DNA of 64,000 nt from Heterodontus francisci. Taxonomy: Eukaryota. The stretch spans positions 13,376,151 to 13,440,150 of the forward strand of contig NC_090413.1 in assembly GCF_036365525.1 (NCBI RefSeq), given 5' to 3'. The notes under the pieces are model-generated. The model searched no databases, had not been told where the DNA came from, and was given only the letters and a program-made list of their open reading frames with translations. Shown piece after piece: positions 1 to 13,270 of this stretch. The position numbers were made by a program, and so were the translations under genes. Positions within the stretch are counted from its first letter, which is position 1; the number at the start of each line of letters is the position of its first letter.

Positions 1-263
1 ACCAAGGGGAATAGGGCCTTCCTATCCACTCTATCTAGACCCTTCATATTTTTACACACTTCAATTATGTCTCCATTCAGCTTCCTCTGTTCCAAAGAAA
101 ACAACCCCTGCCTTAATATAATCTTTCCTTGTAACTCAAATCCCCCAGTCCAGGCAACATCCTATTAAATCTCCTCTGTACCCTCTCTAGTGCAATCACA
201 TCTTTCCTATAGGGTAGTGACCAGAACTGCAGAGTCCTCCAATTGTGGCCCAACCTGTGTTTT
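1..263 (-). mobile_element. CR1 (HER1-like) LINE 3' fragment, left half of a copy split by the RTE insertion
   Basis: Minus ORF reads QFWSLPYRKDVIALERVQRRFNRMLPGL, the CR1 ORF2 C-terminal motif. The sequence continues colinearly at 8190. Confidence 0.9.
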
Positions 264-3124
264 TGAGCCGACCAATCTGCCAGAATCAGTCTTTGCAAAC
301 CATAAATCGCTGAGTGTAGGAGACCCAACGGCTACCCTCTCCTGTTTGACCCACCCATCGAAGCAGTTTACAAAGGCGTGGCCGTAGTTGCATGCTAACA
401 GCTGCTTGGAGTCACAGGTGACAGCTGGGTGAATACAGGACGAACCACCCCAAGGAGTGTGGCGAGCCTGCCTAGAAGAGGTGCCACCCCTCCCTTACAC
501 CTTGAAGGCAGTTCAGCACCCTGTTGTGGAATTCCACTCAGGACACGAGAGTGAGGCTGATAATGCGCAACTCTCCCTTGCTAAAATCCAATTCACGTGC
601 AAGTCAAGTTCATCATCTATCTTTACCTGTCAGTATCCATCTGTCACAAGTCATATAGCGATGAGCGAGTGACATAGCAGCAGGAGTGGATTCAGCTGTG
701 AACCTGCACACAGGCGGCTCAGACCATAAGGCCGTCTTTCACTAGCAGGAAGCAGTAGTGGCAGTCGGCAGCCCCGAGCGACTGAGCAGCCCTTTTCCAG
801 GATCACACTGCTCACCTCCCTAGAATGAAGAAGGGGCTAGAAAAGGTGCCCCAAACATTGCTTCATCTACCCTGGCCAGCGGACCGCAGCTGGCAGGGAT
901 CCCATCAACTTGGTCATAAGTCAATCTCAAACAAGAAACTAAAGGTGACATTGGTCATCACTGGCGCATGGAACACGTGCACCCTCATGGACAATGCCAC
1001 AGCCTGGGAGAAGAACTGCTCTTTTCGTTAGACTAGGTATAACCTCCAGATAATCGCCCTCGGCGAGACTTGTCGACCTGAGGAGGATCAGCTCAAGGAA
1101 ATTGGCGCTGGTTACACATTCTTTTGGAGTGGCTGTGGAAAAGAATGGCGCAAAGCTGGTGTAGGCTTTGCTGTCATGAACCATCTCATCAGTAAGTTGA
1201 CTTGCCTTCCCCAGTGTGTTAATGATCATCTGATGGTGCTTAGACTACCCCTGCAGAGCAACAGGCAAACAACTCTCATTGTGTATATCCCTACCATGAC
1301 AAGCCCACTGATGAAATCAAGGATAAATTTTAAGATGACCTCCTTGATTGCTGCCATGCCAAAGTCAGACAAGCTAATCATTCTTGGTGACTTCAAAACA
1401 AGTATTGGTGCAGATCACCAAGCATGGGAAGGAGTCATCGAAAACAAAATGGGGTTGGCAGTTATTACAGCAATGGTCTCTTCTAGCTTAAGATGTGCGT
1501 TGAGCATGAGCTCTAAATCACCAACACAGTTTTCCACCTCCCTAACTGCAACACAATGTCTTGGATGCACCCTCATTACATGTGTTGGCATCTAATCGAC
1601 TAGATCATCACCAGACAGAGAAACAGGCAGGATGTGCACGTAACGAAAGCCATGTGTGGTGCTGACTACTGGACTGACCACCGTCTTATCATCTCAAAGC
1701 TAAACATCAAGATCCATCCCCCTAGATGTCCCCAGGGCCTGAAGGTCCAGAAGCATCTCAGTGTCTCAAGGCTCAAAACAGGCAGTCTCTCAAAGAAATT
1801 CGAGAGTCGCCTGTGTTCAGCGATGACAGGACGACCTTCAGGAATACAGAGTACTCCGCTGCTCTAGAGGTCCTTGGCCCTACTTCTCCTAAGCATCAAG
1901 ATTGGTTCAATGAAAACAATGAGGTGATTGAGAAACTACTGGAGGAGAAACATCGCCTCTGTTGGCCTTACCTCAATGACAAGTCATCACTATCCAAGCA
2001 TCATGCCTACTGAAACATCCACAAGACTGTCCAATGCAAGCTCAGAGAAATGCAAGACACTTTGCTGAATCAGAAAGCAGATGAACTCCAATCATATGCC
2101 GACCATAAAGTCTGGGAGAGATTACATGATGCTCGGAAATCTGTCTACGGACACCAGTCTACTGGTTCACCACCAATCCTCATTGGCGATGGGTCAACAT
2201 TGCTCACAGAAAAAGCCCAAATTCTAGAAAGATGGGCAGAGCACTTTAACCACATCCTCAACTGGCATTCATCCATCAATGAAGAAACTAACAGACTGCC
2301 ACAGATTACCATCAACTGTTCTCTTGGTGGCCCTCCCACGTTGTCAGAAATGACTAAAGTTATGAAACTCCTGTCTCGTGGTAAAGTCCCAGAAGCTGAT
2401 GCTATCCCAGCTGATGTCTACAAGGCTGGAAGTCAATGCCTGGCCAGGAAGCTCACTGAACTCCTTCAGTCTATGTGGGAGCAAGGAACCATCCTGCAAA
2501 AATACAAAGATGCCTCCATTGTCCACCTGTCCAAGCAAAAAGGAGCTCGGCAATCTTGCAACAATCACAGAGGAATCTCGCGTCTCTCCATCGCTGGCAA
2601 AATCTTTGCCAGAATCCTTCTGAACCGATTAGTGCAAAATCTCGAGCAGGATCTGTTGCCAGAGAGAGAGTGTGTCAGTGCGGTTTCAGAATAGGGCGAG
2701 GAACCACTGATAATGGTGCTTTCAGTTAGACAGCTGCAGGAGAAATGGCAAGAACAGAACACAAACCTCTAAACCATGTTTGTTGACCCAAACGAGGCTT
2801 TTGACACTTTCAGTCGTGAGGGCCTTTGGAAGGTAATGGAGAAATTAAGCTGCCCTGAGAAATTCAACACAATGGTTCGACAGTTCCATAATGGCATGCT
2901 CGCGCCTGTCCTTGATATTGCTGAGTCTTCTGACCCATTCCCGTTACTAATGGAGTTAAGCAGGGCTGCATGCCAGCACAAAATATCTTCAGCATGTTTT
3001 ACTCTGCCATGCTCCCCAATGCCTTCCATGATGGTGACCCTGGCACTGAAATCAGATATCACATGGATGGGAAACTGCTTAATCTGAGACGACTCTGGGC
3101 AAAATCCAAGGTCTCCAAGGACAT

Positions 3125-4972
3125 TAAAGAAAATCCCAAGACTATTAAGGAAAATCCCACGGCTTTTTATATGTATATAAAGAGCAAGAAGGTAACCAGG
3201 GAAAGGGTTGGCCCACTCAAGGACAGAGATGGGAATCTATGTGTGGAGCCAGAGGAAATGGGCGAGGTGCTAAATGAGTACTTTGCATCAGTATTCACCA
3301 AAGAGAAGGACTTGGTGGATGATGAGCCTAGGGAAGGGTGCAGATAGTCTCAGTCATCTCATTATCAAAAAGGAGGTGGTGTTGGGTGTCTTGCAAAACA
3401 TTAAGGTAGATAAGTCCCCAGGGCCTGATGGGATCTACCCTAGAATACTGAGGGAGGCAAGGGAGGAAATTGCTGGGGCCTTGACAGAAATCTTTGTATC
3501 CTCATTGGCTACAGGTGAGGTCCCAGAGGACTGGAGAATAGCCAATGTTGTTCCTTTGTTTAAGAAGGGTGGCAAGGATAATCCAGGAAATTATAGGCCG
3601 GTGAGCCTTACGTCAGTGGTGGGGAAACTATTAGAGAGGATTCTTCGGGACAGGATTTACTCCCATTTGGAAACAAACGAACTTATTAGCAAGAGACAGC
3701 ATGGTTTTGTGAAGGGGAGGTCGTGTCTTACTAATTTGATTGAGTTTTTTGAGGAAGTGACGAAGATGATTGATGAAGGAAGGGCAGTGGATGTTATCTA
3801 TATGGACTTTAGTAAAGCCTTTGACAAGGTCCCGCATGGCAGACTGGTACAAAAGGTGAAGTCACACGGGATCAGAGGTGAGCTGGCAAGATGGATACAG
3901 AACTGGCTCGGTCATAGAAGACAGAGGGTAGCAGTGGATGGGTGTTTTTCTGAATGAAGGAATGTGACTAGTGGTGTTCCGCAGGGATCAGTGCTGGGAC
4001 CTTTGCTGTTTGTAGTATATATAAATGATTTGGAGGAAAATGTAGCTGGTCTGATTAGTAAGTTTGCGGACGACACAAAGGTTGGTGGAGTTGCGGATAA
4101 TGATGAGGATTGTCGGAGGATACAGATCGGTTGGAGACTTGGGCGGAGAAATGGCAGATGGAGTTTAATCCGGACAAATGTGAGGTAATGCATTTTGGAA
4201 GGTCTAATGCAGGTGGGAGGTATACAGTAAATGGCAGAACCCTTAGGAGTATTGACAGGCAGAGAGATCTGGGCGTACAGGTCCACAGGTCACTGAAAGT
4301 GGCAACGCAGGTGGATAAGGTAGTCAAGAAGGCATACGACATGCTTGCCCTCATTGTTCGGGGCATAGAGTATAAAAATTGGCAAGTCATGCTGCAGCTG
4401 TACAGAACCTTAGTCAGGCCACACTTAGAATATTGCGTGCAATTCTGGTCGCCAGACTACCAGAAGGACGTGGAGGCTTTGGAGAGGGTACAGAGGAGGT
4501 TTACCAGGATGTTGCCTGGTCTGGAGGGCAGTAGCTATGAGGAGAGGTTGGAAAAACCCGGATTGTTTTCACTGGAACGACGGAGGTGGAGGGGCGACAT
4601 GATAGAGGTTTACACAGTTATGAGCGGCATGGACAGAGTGGATAGTCAGAAGCTTTTTCCCAGGGTGGAAGAGTCAGTTACTAGGGGACATAGGTTTAAG
4701 GTGCGAGGGGCAAAGTTTAGAGGGGATGTGCGAGGCAAGATCTTTTACACAGGAGGGTGGTGAGTGCCTGGAACTTGCTGCCAGGGGAGGTGGTGGAAGC
4801 AGATACGATAGCGACGTTTAAGAGACATCTTGACAAATACATGAATAGGAAGGGAATAGAGGGATATGGGCCCCGGAAGTGCAGAAGGTGTTAGATTAGG
4901 CAGGCATCAAGATCGGCGCAGGCTTGGAGGGCCGAATGGCCTGTTCCTGTGCTGTATTGTTCTTTGTTCTTT
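3125..4972 (+). mobile_element. 5'-truncated CR1/HER1 LINE nested in the RTE RT domain
   Basis: [50 protein letters not shown] motifs. 3' GGGCCGAATGGCCTGTT stem-loop and (TTGTTCTT)n tail. TSD GACAT at 3120-3124 and 4973-4977; removing the insert restores the RTE frame AKSKVSKDILRDFLLTDD. Confidence 0.95.
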
Positions 4973-5484
4973 GACATACTTCGCGATTTCCTGCTTACCG
5001 ATGACTATGCAATAGTTGCTGCTATGGAGCTGGAACTGCAACGTAGCATGGTCTTGTCACGTGCATTGGAGAACAACTTCGGCCTTATGATCAGCACAAA
5101 GAAAACTGAAGTAATTTACCAGCCTGCTCCAGGGAAGACCTATCTCAAGCTCAAGGTTTCAGTCCATGACCAGAACCTGTCAGCAGCAGATAAGTTCACT
5201 TATGTCCGCAGCACACTCTCTCAAGCTGTCTCTATTGATGTTGAGATACAAGCATGAACTGTCAAAGCAAGTATAGCCTTCAGCAGACTTCGAACATCAG
5301 TCTGGGAATGAAGAGGAGTTAGTCTGCCTACCAACCTGAAAGTATAGAGCAATAGCCCTGCCCACTCTACTCTACGCATGTGAGACTGTGTACCAACATC
5401 ACACCAAGAAGCTCAACCGCTTTCACTTGAGCTGCCTATGGAAGCTTCTGAAGATTAGATGGCAGGACAATATACCAGACAGAT

Positions 5485-7680
5485 TTTTAGAATTAGAACA
5501 TTACAGCGCAGTACAGGCCCTTCGGCCCTCGATGTTGCGCCGATCATCTGACCTACACTATTCCATTTTCATCCATATGTCTATCCAATGACCACTTAAA
5601 TGCCCTTAAAGTTGGCGAGTCTACTACTGTTGCAGGCAGGGCGTTCCACGCCCCTACTACTCTCTGCGTAAAGAAACTACCTCTGACATCTGTCCTATAT
5701 CTTTCACCCCTCAACTTAAAGCTATGTCCCCTCGTGTTTGCCATCATCATCCGAGGAAAAAGACTCTCACTATCCACCCTATCTAACCCTCTGATTATCT
5801 TGTATGTCTCTATTAAGTCACCTCTCCTCCTCCTTCTCTCTAACGAAAACAACCCCAAGTCCCTCAGCCTTTACTCGTAAGACCTTCCTTCCATACCAGG
5901 CAACATCCTAGTAAATCTCCTCTGCACCCTTTTCAAAGCTTCCACATCCTTCCTATAATGCGGTGACCAGAACTGCACGCAATACTCAAGGTGCGGCCTC
6001 ACCAGAGTTTTGTACAGCTGCATCATGACCTCGTGGCTGCGAAACTCGATCCCCCTACTAATAAAAGCTAACACACCATATGCCTTCTTAACAGCCCTAT
6101 TAACCTGGGTAGCAACTTTCAGGGATTTATGTACCTGGACACCAAGATCTCTCTGCTCATCTACACTACCAAGAATCTTCCCATTAGCCCAGTACTCTGC
6201 ATTGCTGTTACTCCTTCCAAAGTGAATCACCTCACACTTCTCCGCATTAAACTCCATTTGCCATCTCTCAGCCCAGCTATGTCCCTCTGTACCCTACAAC
6301 ACCCTTCGACACTATCCACAACTCCACCGACCTTCGTGTCATCCGCAAATTTACTAACCCACCCTTCTACACCCTCATCCAGGTCGTTTATAAAAATGAC
6401 AAACAGCAGTGGCCCCAAAACAGAACCTTGCGGTACACCACTAGTAACTAAACTCCAGGATGAACATTTGCCATCAACCACCACCCTCTGTCTTCTTTCA
6501 GCTAGCCAATTTCTGATCCAAAGCTCTAAATCACCTTCAACCCCATACTTCCGTATTTTCTGCAATAGCCTACCGTGGGGAACCTTATCAAACGCCTTAC
6601 TGAAATCCATATACACCACATCCACGGCTTTACCCTCATCCACCTGTTTGGTCACCTTCTCGAAAAACTCAATAAGGTTTGTGAGGCACGACCTACCTTT
6701 CACAAAACCGTGCTGACTATCGCAAATGAACTTATTCTTTTCAAGATGATTATAAATCCTATCTCTTATAACCCTTTCCAACATTTTACCCACAACCGAA
6801 GTAAGGCTCACAGGTCTATAATTACCAGGGCTGTCTCTACTCCCCTTCTTGAACAAGGGGACAACATTTGCTATCCTCCAGTCCTCCGGCACTACTCCTG
6901 TCGACAATGACGACATAAAGATCAACAACAACGGCTCTGCAATCTCCTCCCTGGCTTCCCAGAGAATCCTAGGATAAATCCCATCTGGCCCAGGGGACTT
7001 ATCTATTTTCACTCTTTCCAAAATTGCTAACACCTCCTCCTTGTGAATCTCAATCCCATCTAGCCTAGTAGGCTGTATCTCAGTAATCTCCTCGGCAACA
7101 TTTTCTTTTTCTACTGTAAATACTGACGAAAAATATTCATTTAACGCTTCCCCTATCTCCTCTGATTCCGCACACAACTTCCCACTACTATCCTTGATTG
7201 GCCCTGGTCTAACTCTCATCATTCTTTTATTCCTGATATACCTATAGAAAGCCTTAGGGTTTTCTTTGATCCTATCCGCCAATGACTTCTCGTGTCCTCT
7301 CCTTGCTCTTCTTAGCCCTCCCTTTAGATCCTTCCTGGCTAGCTTGTAACTCTCAAGCTCCCTAACTGAGCCTTCACGTCTCATCCTAACATAAGCCGCC
7401 CTCTTCCTCTTGACAAGCGCTTCAACTTCTTGAGTAAACCACGGCTCCCTCGCTCGACAACTTCCTCCCTGCCTGACAGGTACATACTTATCAAGGACAC
7501 GCATTAGCTGCTCCTTGAATAAGCTCCACATTTCGTTTGTGCCCATCCCCTGCAGTTTCCTTCCCCATCCTACACATCCTAAATCTTGCCTAATCGCGTC
7601 ATAATTTCCTTTCCCCCAGCTATAATTCTTGCCCTGCAGTATATACCTGTCCCTGCCCATCGCTAAGGTAAACCTAACCG
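5485..7680 (-). mobile_element. 5'-truncated CR1/HER1 LINE (different subfamily) nested antisense in the RTE
   Basis: Minus ORFs 6227-7774, 5871-6257 and 5553-5858 contain the complete CR1 RT motifs. The RTE frame WQDNIPD / [10 protein letters not shown] resumes either side. TSD not clearly resolvable. Confidence 0.95.
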
Positions 7681-8189
7681 ATGTGCTCACCAGAGCTGGC
7701 ATGCCAAACTTCCACACTATATTGAGACAGTCACAACTGAGTTGGGCTGGCCTTGTAGCCAGAACTCCTGACACTCGCTTACCAAAGCAAATCTTCTACA
7801 GAGAGCTTGCTTCTGGGTTGTGGTCTCATGGCTGTCAAAGGAAGTGCTACAAGGACACTTTGACAGCTTTGCTTCGGAGTTTTGACATCGACCCAGAGTC
7901 CTGGGAGAAGCTCGCCCTGGATCGCTGCACCTGGTGCAACCAAATAAAAAAGGGTGCGACCTCCTTCGAAAGAAAACGCATTAGAGGCAGAGAGAAAACG
8001 CAAAGAGGGGAAATCTCAAGCCAGCAGCTCGTCCAAACTTGATCGTCTGTGGTATCCTGCTCTATTTGTAGCAGAACCTTGCAGACGCAGATCGGCCTCA
8101 ACAGTCACCTACGTACCCACCGGAACCCTACCAAACACCCCAGATGTTGGGCCCAGTCATCTTCGCCTCGAAGGACCAACAACAACTAC

Positions 8190-8392
8190 TGTTTTATACA
8201 GTTCCAGCATAACCTCCCAGCTCTTATACGCTACATCTCGGCTAATAAAGGCAAGTATTCATATGCCTTCTTGACTACCTTATCTACCTGTCCAGCCACC
8301 TTCATGGATCTGTGGACATTTACTCCAAGGTCCCTCTGTACCTTACCATTTATTGTGCGTTCCCTTGCCTTGTTGGGCTTCCCCAAATACTG
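8190..8392 (-). mobile_element. CR1 fragment, right half of the copy split by the RTE
   Basis: Reverse strand matches the V-H-x-S-M-K-V-A-G-Q-V-D-K-V-V-K-K-A-Y region seen in the other CR1 copies and is colinear with 1-263. Confidence 0.88.
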
Positions 8393-10074
8393 TCACAATT
8401 CCCCTACACTCTGCTGCATCACAATAGAAAACATCTCAATCCAATTTAATTTGATTAATGTGCACCAATGAATGGCTGGGTTATTGTGAAGTGTGCAATC
8501 ACCTATGTCAGGCACTCTTGAAGGACATCTTTGACCTACCTGTTGTGGGGACTCCCATTTCTGTAAGAACTCCTCTCTCGCTTTCTCTAAGAAATCTTTC
8601 ACTGCAATAAAAGAACAGAAATATATTACTTCTGATATCTGGACAACTGTCGCAATTCATAAAGCTTCTGGCCTTCAGGACCAACAATTTAAGTGCAGGT
8701 TCTAATAAATCAGAATGAAATGAAATGGGGATTGGCTGGACATTGCACTTTAGAATTGACAAATTGTTTCAGTCCGTAATGACACAGATGTGGCTCAGGA
8801 CAAGACGAATGACACAAAAAAACAAATGCAGATTGTTCTGCTGTTCAACCAAGATTATCAGTTACAGAGACCAGAAAAGTGTTAGATTATGGTGATGTTT
8901 CAATGCGTTGGTGTGACTGACTAATAATTTCCAATGTGTGCTGTACCAGTGAATTAAAGCAACAGTTTTTAAATTTGAAATCACTCCACCTGTCCTTTGT
9001 TCCACACTGAAACACATCCATTTCCAGAGGAGTGAGAGAATCTGGAGATTTGCAGAGTACTTTTATCTATTCTACTGGCAAACCACCATCAGAATCTGAT
9101 TTCAGTGCAAGCTGATCTTGCAGTACTGCATTGTGAACCGCAGCTCACACAGAGTCCTAGGGAAGCCAATACTGATTAAACCAGCACCTCAGGCAGAGCA
9201 ACACAAGACTTAAAGTTAACTTGCAAACCATTTAGCTTTTGAAATTGCAAAGATACTTTATAGCTTCTTCTACAGAGGATTTATGACATCTCTGGAAGTC
9301 TTCACACAAAATAAATACTGCAAAAGGCAGGAGAACCCTACCCTGAGAGCTTGGCGTCTGGAGAAGGCCCTAAGCGACACACAATTGTGCTCATTGCCGA
9401 CAAAATCAATCAATATCCGACTCGTCAGCATCATTCAGAACCTAGTTCAACCACCGCACCACACAGCAAATGAAAATCTAACAAAGTGCACTCGGAAACA
9501 GTCACGTTCCAAGGGAATATCTAATCCATTGAACTCTGGACAGACTCATGCTCCAAGATCCTAGGGCCCCCCACAGGGCAAGTGCCCCACGAGTGCCGTT
9601 AATGGTGCAGCCCAATCCCTGGGATGGGAGTCATCATCCTGGCAGATAGGTGGACAGAAGTACTGCCCCAGCACAGAAACAATGGTCTGAATGGTCTCTT
9701 TCTGCACCGTAAATTTTCTAAGTTTCAGAACAGGGTGCCAGGAATAAATTGCACAGCAATGTTGCTGCCTTTCTGGGCTATTTGGACACACTTGCACTCC
9801 AACTGAATCTCGATCACAGTTCATCTGGAGACGCTGGCACGCCAATTAAACTTCAGCACACTCACACTCATGCTTTTCATACATCCCGATAAAGGAAGTG
9901 TCATGGTGGTTAAAGCAATTTGCTAGACTAAAGAGCTCATCTTAATTTACAGAGAGTACCCTAAATAGGGCGTCCTTGTAGGGGTATCATGGCTGCTTTT
10001 CGGAGATTCTGTTCCAATTGTGGCTGTCATTTAGCACAGGGGAGCTTTGGGACACTACTGTGGCACAAAGAATG

Positions 10075-10250
10075 AAAAGAACTTGCATCTTTATAGCCTC
10101 TTTCATGACCTCAGGACATCTCAAAGAATTTTACAGCCAGTTAAGTACCTGATATTTAAAAAAAAGTGTAGTCACTGTCGTCATATAGGAAAATGCAGCC
10201 AATTTGCATACAGCAAAGTCTCAAAACAGTAATGAGATAAACAGCTAGAT
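10075..10250 (-). mobile_element. 3' fragment of Deu-domain SINE (SacSINE1-like)
   Basis: Similar to 60880-61050 (acttgcat..tatag..cctttcatgacctcagga..ttttacagcca..aagtac..gccaatttg..cagcaa). Confidence 0.7.
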
Positions 10251-10669
10251 AAATGCTAAATCTATGTACGTAAAACTGGAACGTTCAATGCTCCATTCCT
10301 GGCATTAATAGCAGATGACCAACTTCCTAAATGGTCCACACAGCTCCCTTCATATCATGGTGGTTTATTGATCTTCAGTGATGTTCTGGATTCTGCTAGT
10401 TGCATGCAGCATTACAAACAATCATGCTCACTTAGCAAGATTAGTAAAGGTCACATTGTGCAAAACAATCAGAAAATTGAAAGACTTGAAACGGAAAAGG
10501 ATCAGGGCATCCTCCGGCATTAATCTATAACACAACTAAAGACAAGGGTAATTGGCACTAGGAGAACCAGATTACATCTGTCATTGTTTTGAGTAGGAGA
10601 ATCAAACTTTCAGCTGCAACTTTTATAAAAGAAAAGATTTAGAGGTATTGTTGATTTAAAAAGCTATCT

Positions 10670-10950
10670 GCTGAAGGCTCAGCTAGTTAAGCGAGTACCT
10701 AGATTAGAAAAGATGTGGTCTGCGATGAGTTAGCTGATCTTAGCTGGATTGACAAAAGCGGCGTGACAATTCTCAACTCACTTCTGGTAAGGGTGAAGAA
10801 AATTAGCCAAAGTTCCCTGTCTTGAATTCTATCCAGTGTTCCCTGCTAGAAAGTGCGAATACGTGTTACAAGGACACGATTCAGCCTGACAGTGATGCTT
10901 CGTGGTTGAATAGTCTACCAACAACCTAGCGTGTAGGCTCACAGGATTTT
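10670..10950 (+). mobile_element. Degenerate SINE-like repeat (unassigned family, copy 1 of 3)
   Basis: Shares blocks ttagctgat-cttagc, acaatt, agcca-ggttcc, ctgct-gaaa and gtgatgct with 24060-24430 and 60480-60815. Confidence 0.6.
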
Positions 10951-11689
10951 CTTTAGTCAGTTGGTTGACAAATGTGGATATTCATCTCCATGTTCAAGAA
11001 TTTCCAAACTAATCTGCTGTGAAAGCCACACTGGTATAGAGTTTCTCTTAGTTTGATACAGAATGCCCATGCTTTCCTTGGAGGGGATACCTGAATCACC
11101 TGGGAGATTGTCCACATGGCTATGCTAATATCACAACAATGCATCAGCACGAATAAGCTTCTCGTTACTCATTGAGCCAGGAGCACCCTACCAGTTACGG
11201 CACTGGTATGCAGGGTTATTTTGAGCAGATGATGAAGACTCCAATGTTTACAGAGTGGGAAGCCAATCATCAATAGTGCCCTGAAGGCCCAAGGACTCAG
11301 GTTTTGAATTACTAAATCTACATCAGAGGGGTGGCTTGGTTCAGTCTCCCATGAGATGGAGGCACGTCAAACTCAAAATGACCCTCCTTATCTTGCCTTC
11401 CCTCAGAAGGAGGACAATCAGTTTTGTCATTGATCAACTGACAAATGTGGTTTTGAGTGCCCTCTAGATAGAGCACTTAAAAGCAATATGTCGAGAAATA
11501 CAACTCGCCATAAAGTTTATGAATATATTGCTACCATCTTCCTAACTACAATATGGACACACACAATACCCCATGCATCAGGTGAAGGTGTGAAGTATCA
11601 GTAGCAGTTAGCTCCCTCTGCAACCCAACCACTGATATATGAACAGCCTCCAAGCAATACCTTTCAACAGCTATTGTTCCAGGTCAAGT

Positions 11690-11880
11690 TTTACATTAGT
11701 TTAACTGGCAACTTTCCTGTTTTCCAATCAGAAGGTTGTTGGTTGAAGTCCCACTCCAGAAGATGAATACATAACCTAGGTTGTCACTTTAGTGCAGCAG
11801 TGAGGGAGTGCTGCATTGTTAAGTGCCTGAGACCCCAACTCCCTGTTCCTGTGGTTTGGTAAAGTTCCCATGGCAAATAA
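11690..11880 (+). mobile_element. 5' half of SacSINE1-like Deu SINE
   Basis: tcagaaggttg..ggttgaagtcccactccaga (B-box-like) followed by gtgcagcagtgagggagtgctgca, matching the reverse complement of 61200-61320. Confidence 0.7.
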
Positions 11881-13019
11881 AGTGTCAGTCATTTAAATTT
11901 TCATGGCCATGGGGCAAACTCAGCCACTAGAAAAGCAATCACATCACTTTTAAATACAGGCTCACAACATCCAGCAGAATTTGCCACTGGTGACCCAGAG
12001 AGGCACTTCCTGCCACCACAAGCTTTTGTTGAGGGTCAAGTTGAACAAGCACCGTAAAAAAACAAAATCAGAAACTGTCAGCACATGAAATTTTAAGAAG
12101 CATTTGGGAGGCACCATTGCTCAGACATTGCACTGCAGCCCAATAGTGCAGTTAATATAAACTTTCTTCCAATAGCCTCTCTTATCCTCGACCCAATAGA
12201 GAAGGAAAAATGACAATCTCTTCTTTGTCCCTCATATAAGTCAAACTGAGAAAACAGAACGACCTTCATTTATATAGCATGCTTAAAGTTAAAACATCCC
12301 TGTGCATCACACGTACAAAGAAACACGCAAGTAACACCCTCCCCCTGCCTTACACACAATCACTGGTGCAAAGCTGTGCTGCAGCATAAGTAGGAATGAA
12401 TATGCAGGCAAAAGGATGAGAAAGGGATTCTATCTTTCCTCTCCTGCATGGCTCCCACGCAGCCACCACTTTTAAGCAGTGTGCAGTGTTTATTCAGTCA
12501 AACAGCAGGGATCACAGTGACAACCACAGCAAATCATGAGAGGGGTCACTGGGCATCTAAAATTAGAACATTTGAACTGAAATCCATCCAAAGGCTTTGA
12601 CTCGATAAACAGTTTCCAGCACACAGCGACAGAAGATATTAAAACTCTACAGATCTCACACCGCCCACTTGGGAATTAACACAAACCTGGGAATGCAGCC
12701 ACCACACTGATTCCAAGTAGCACTGAGTTCATTAAATAGGCGAGTCATGCATTTACAGGGAAAAGCAAGTGGTTTAGAAATTCATGGGCTCCTACAGGTT
12801 AAAGAGTGAGCTTACACTTGGGGACATTCTCCTTCACAAAAATACACCTCCAGTCACAATACTGGAGCCAAGAAAACGGAATGCCCTATGAAGCAGATCC
12901 TTCAAATCAAGCAGCGAAGGTGCTGCTGGGGTACAAACAGATCTGTGCTTACACTGTGCATACGACAAAATTTGCATTTATTTCGCACACTTCCTGTGCA
13001 GGATGACACCTTTAAATGT

Positions 13020-13270
13020 TTTACAATAAAGTGCAAAAGTGGAAGAGGAATGGAGAACCAAAGGCATCATCATAGAGGAAGGTTTTTAAGAAATGTTTAA
13101 AAGCAGGGAGGGAGCTGGCAAGATGGAAGGAACTGGGTAGAGAGTTCCAGAGGGCAGCGTACTGGCTGAATGAGTGATCACTGAACAGAGGGAGTGAGGG
13201 AGGTGAAGGATAAAAAGGAAGGAGAACTGAGAGATGGGGCGAGAAGCAGAACTGCTCAATAGTCATTATA
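13020..13270 (-). mobile_element. Old L2-clade LINE 3' fragment
   Basis: gaggaaggtttttaagaaatgtttaaa..gggtagagagttccagag..ggctgaa resembles the better-preserved L2 3' copies at 27480-27600 and 35020-35120. Confidence 0.55.

Larger units (their letters stand above)
264..8189 (+). mobile_element. Near full-length decayed RTE-clade LINE (5' UTR, APE endonuclease, RT, C-terminal C2H2 finger), interrupted by two CR1 insertions
   Basis: EN motifs ITGAWN, LIILGDF, WTDHRLI. RT motifs NHRGISRLSIAGKIFARILLNRL, QCGFR, FVDPNEAFD, DFLLTDDYA (degenerate FADD). Zinc finger CSICSRTLQTQIGLNSHLRTH. (ACA)n tail at ~8179-8189. Candidate TSD TGTTTT at 258-263 and 8190-8195. Many frameshifts and stops. Confidence 0.92.

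Noticed and set aside
6227-7774. 515-aa ORF as a functional gene
   Set aside because: It is a 5'-truncated CR1 ORF2 whose start lies in antisense RTE sequence; it lacks the EN domain and is frameshifted after FADD.
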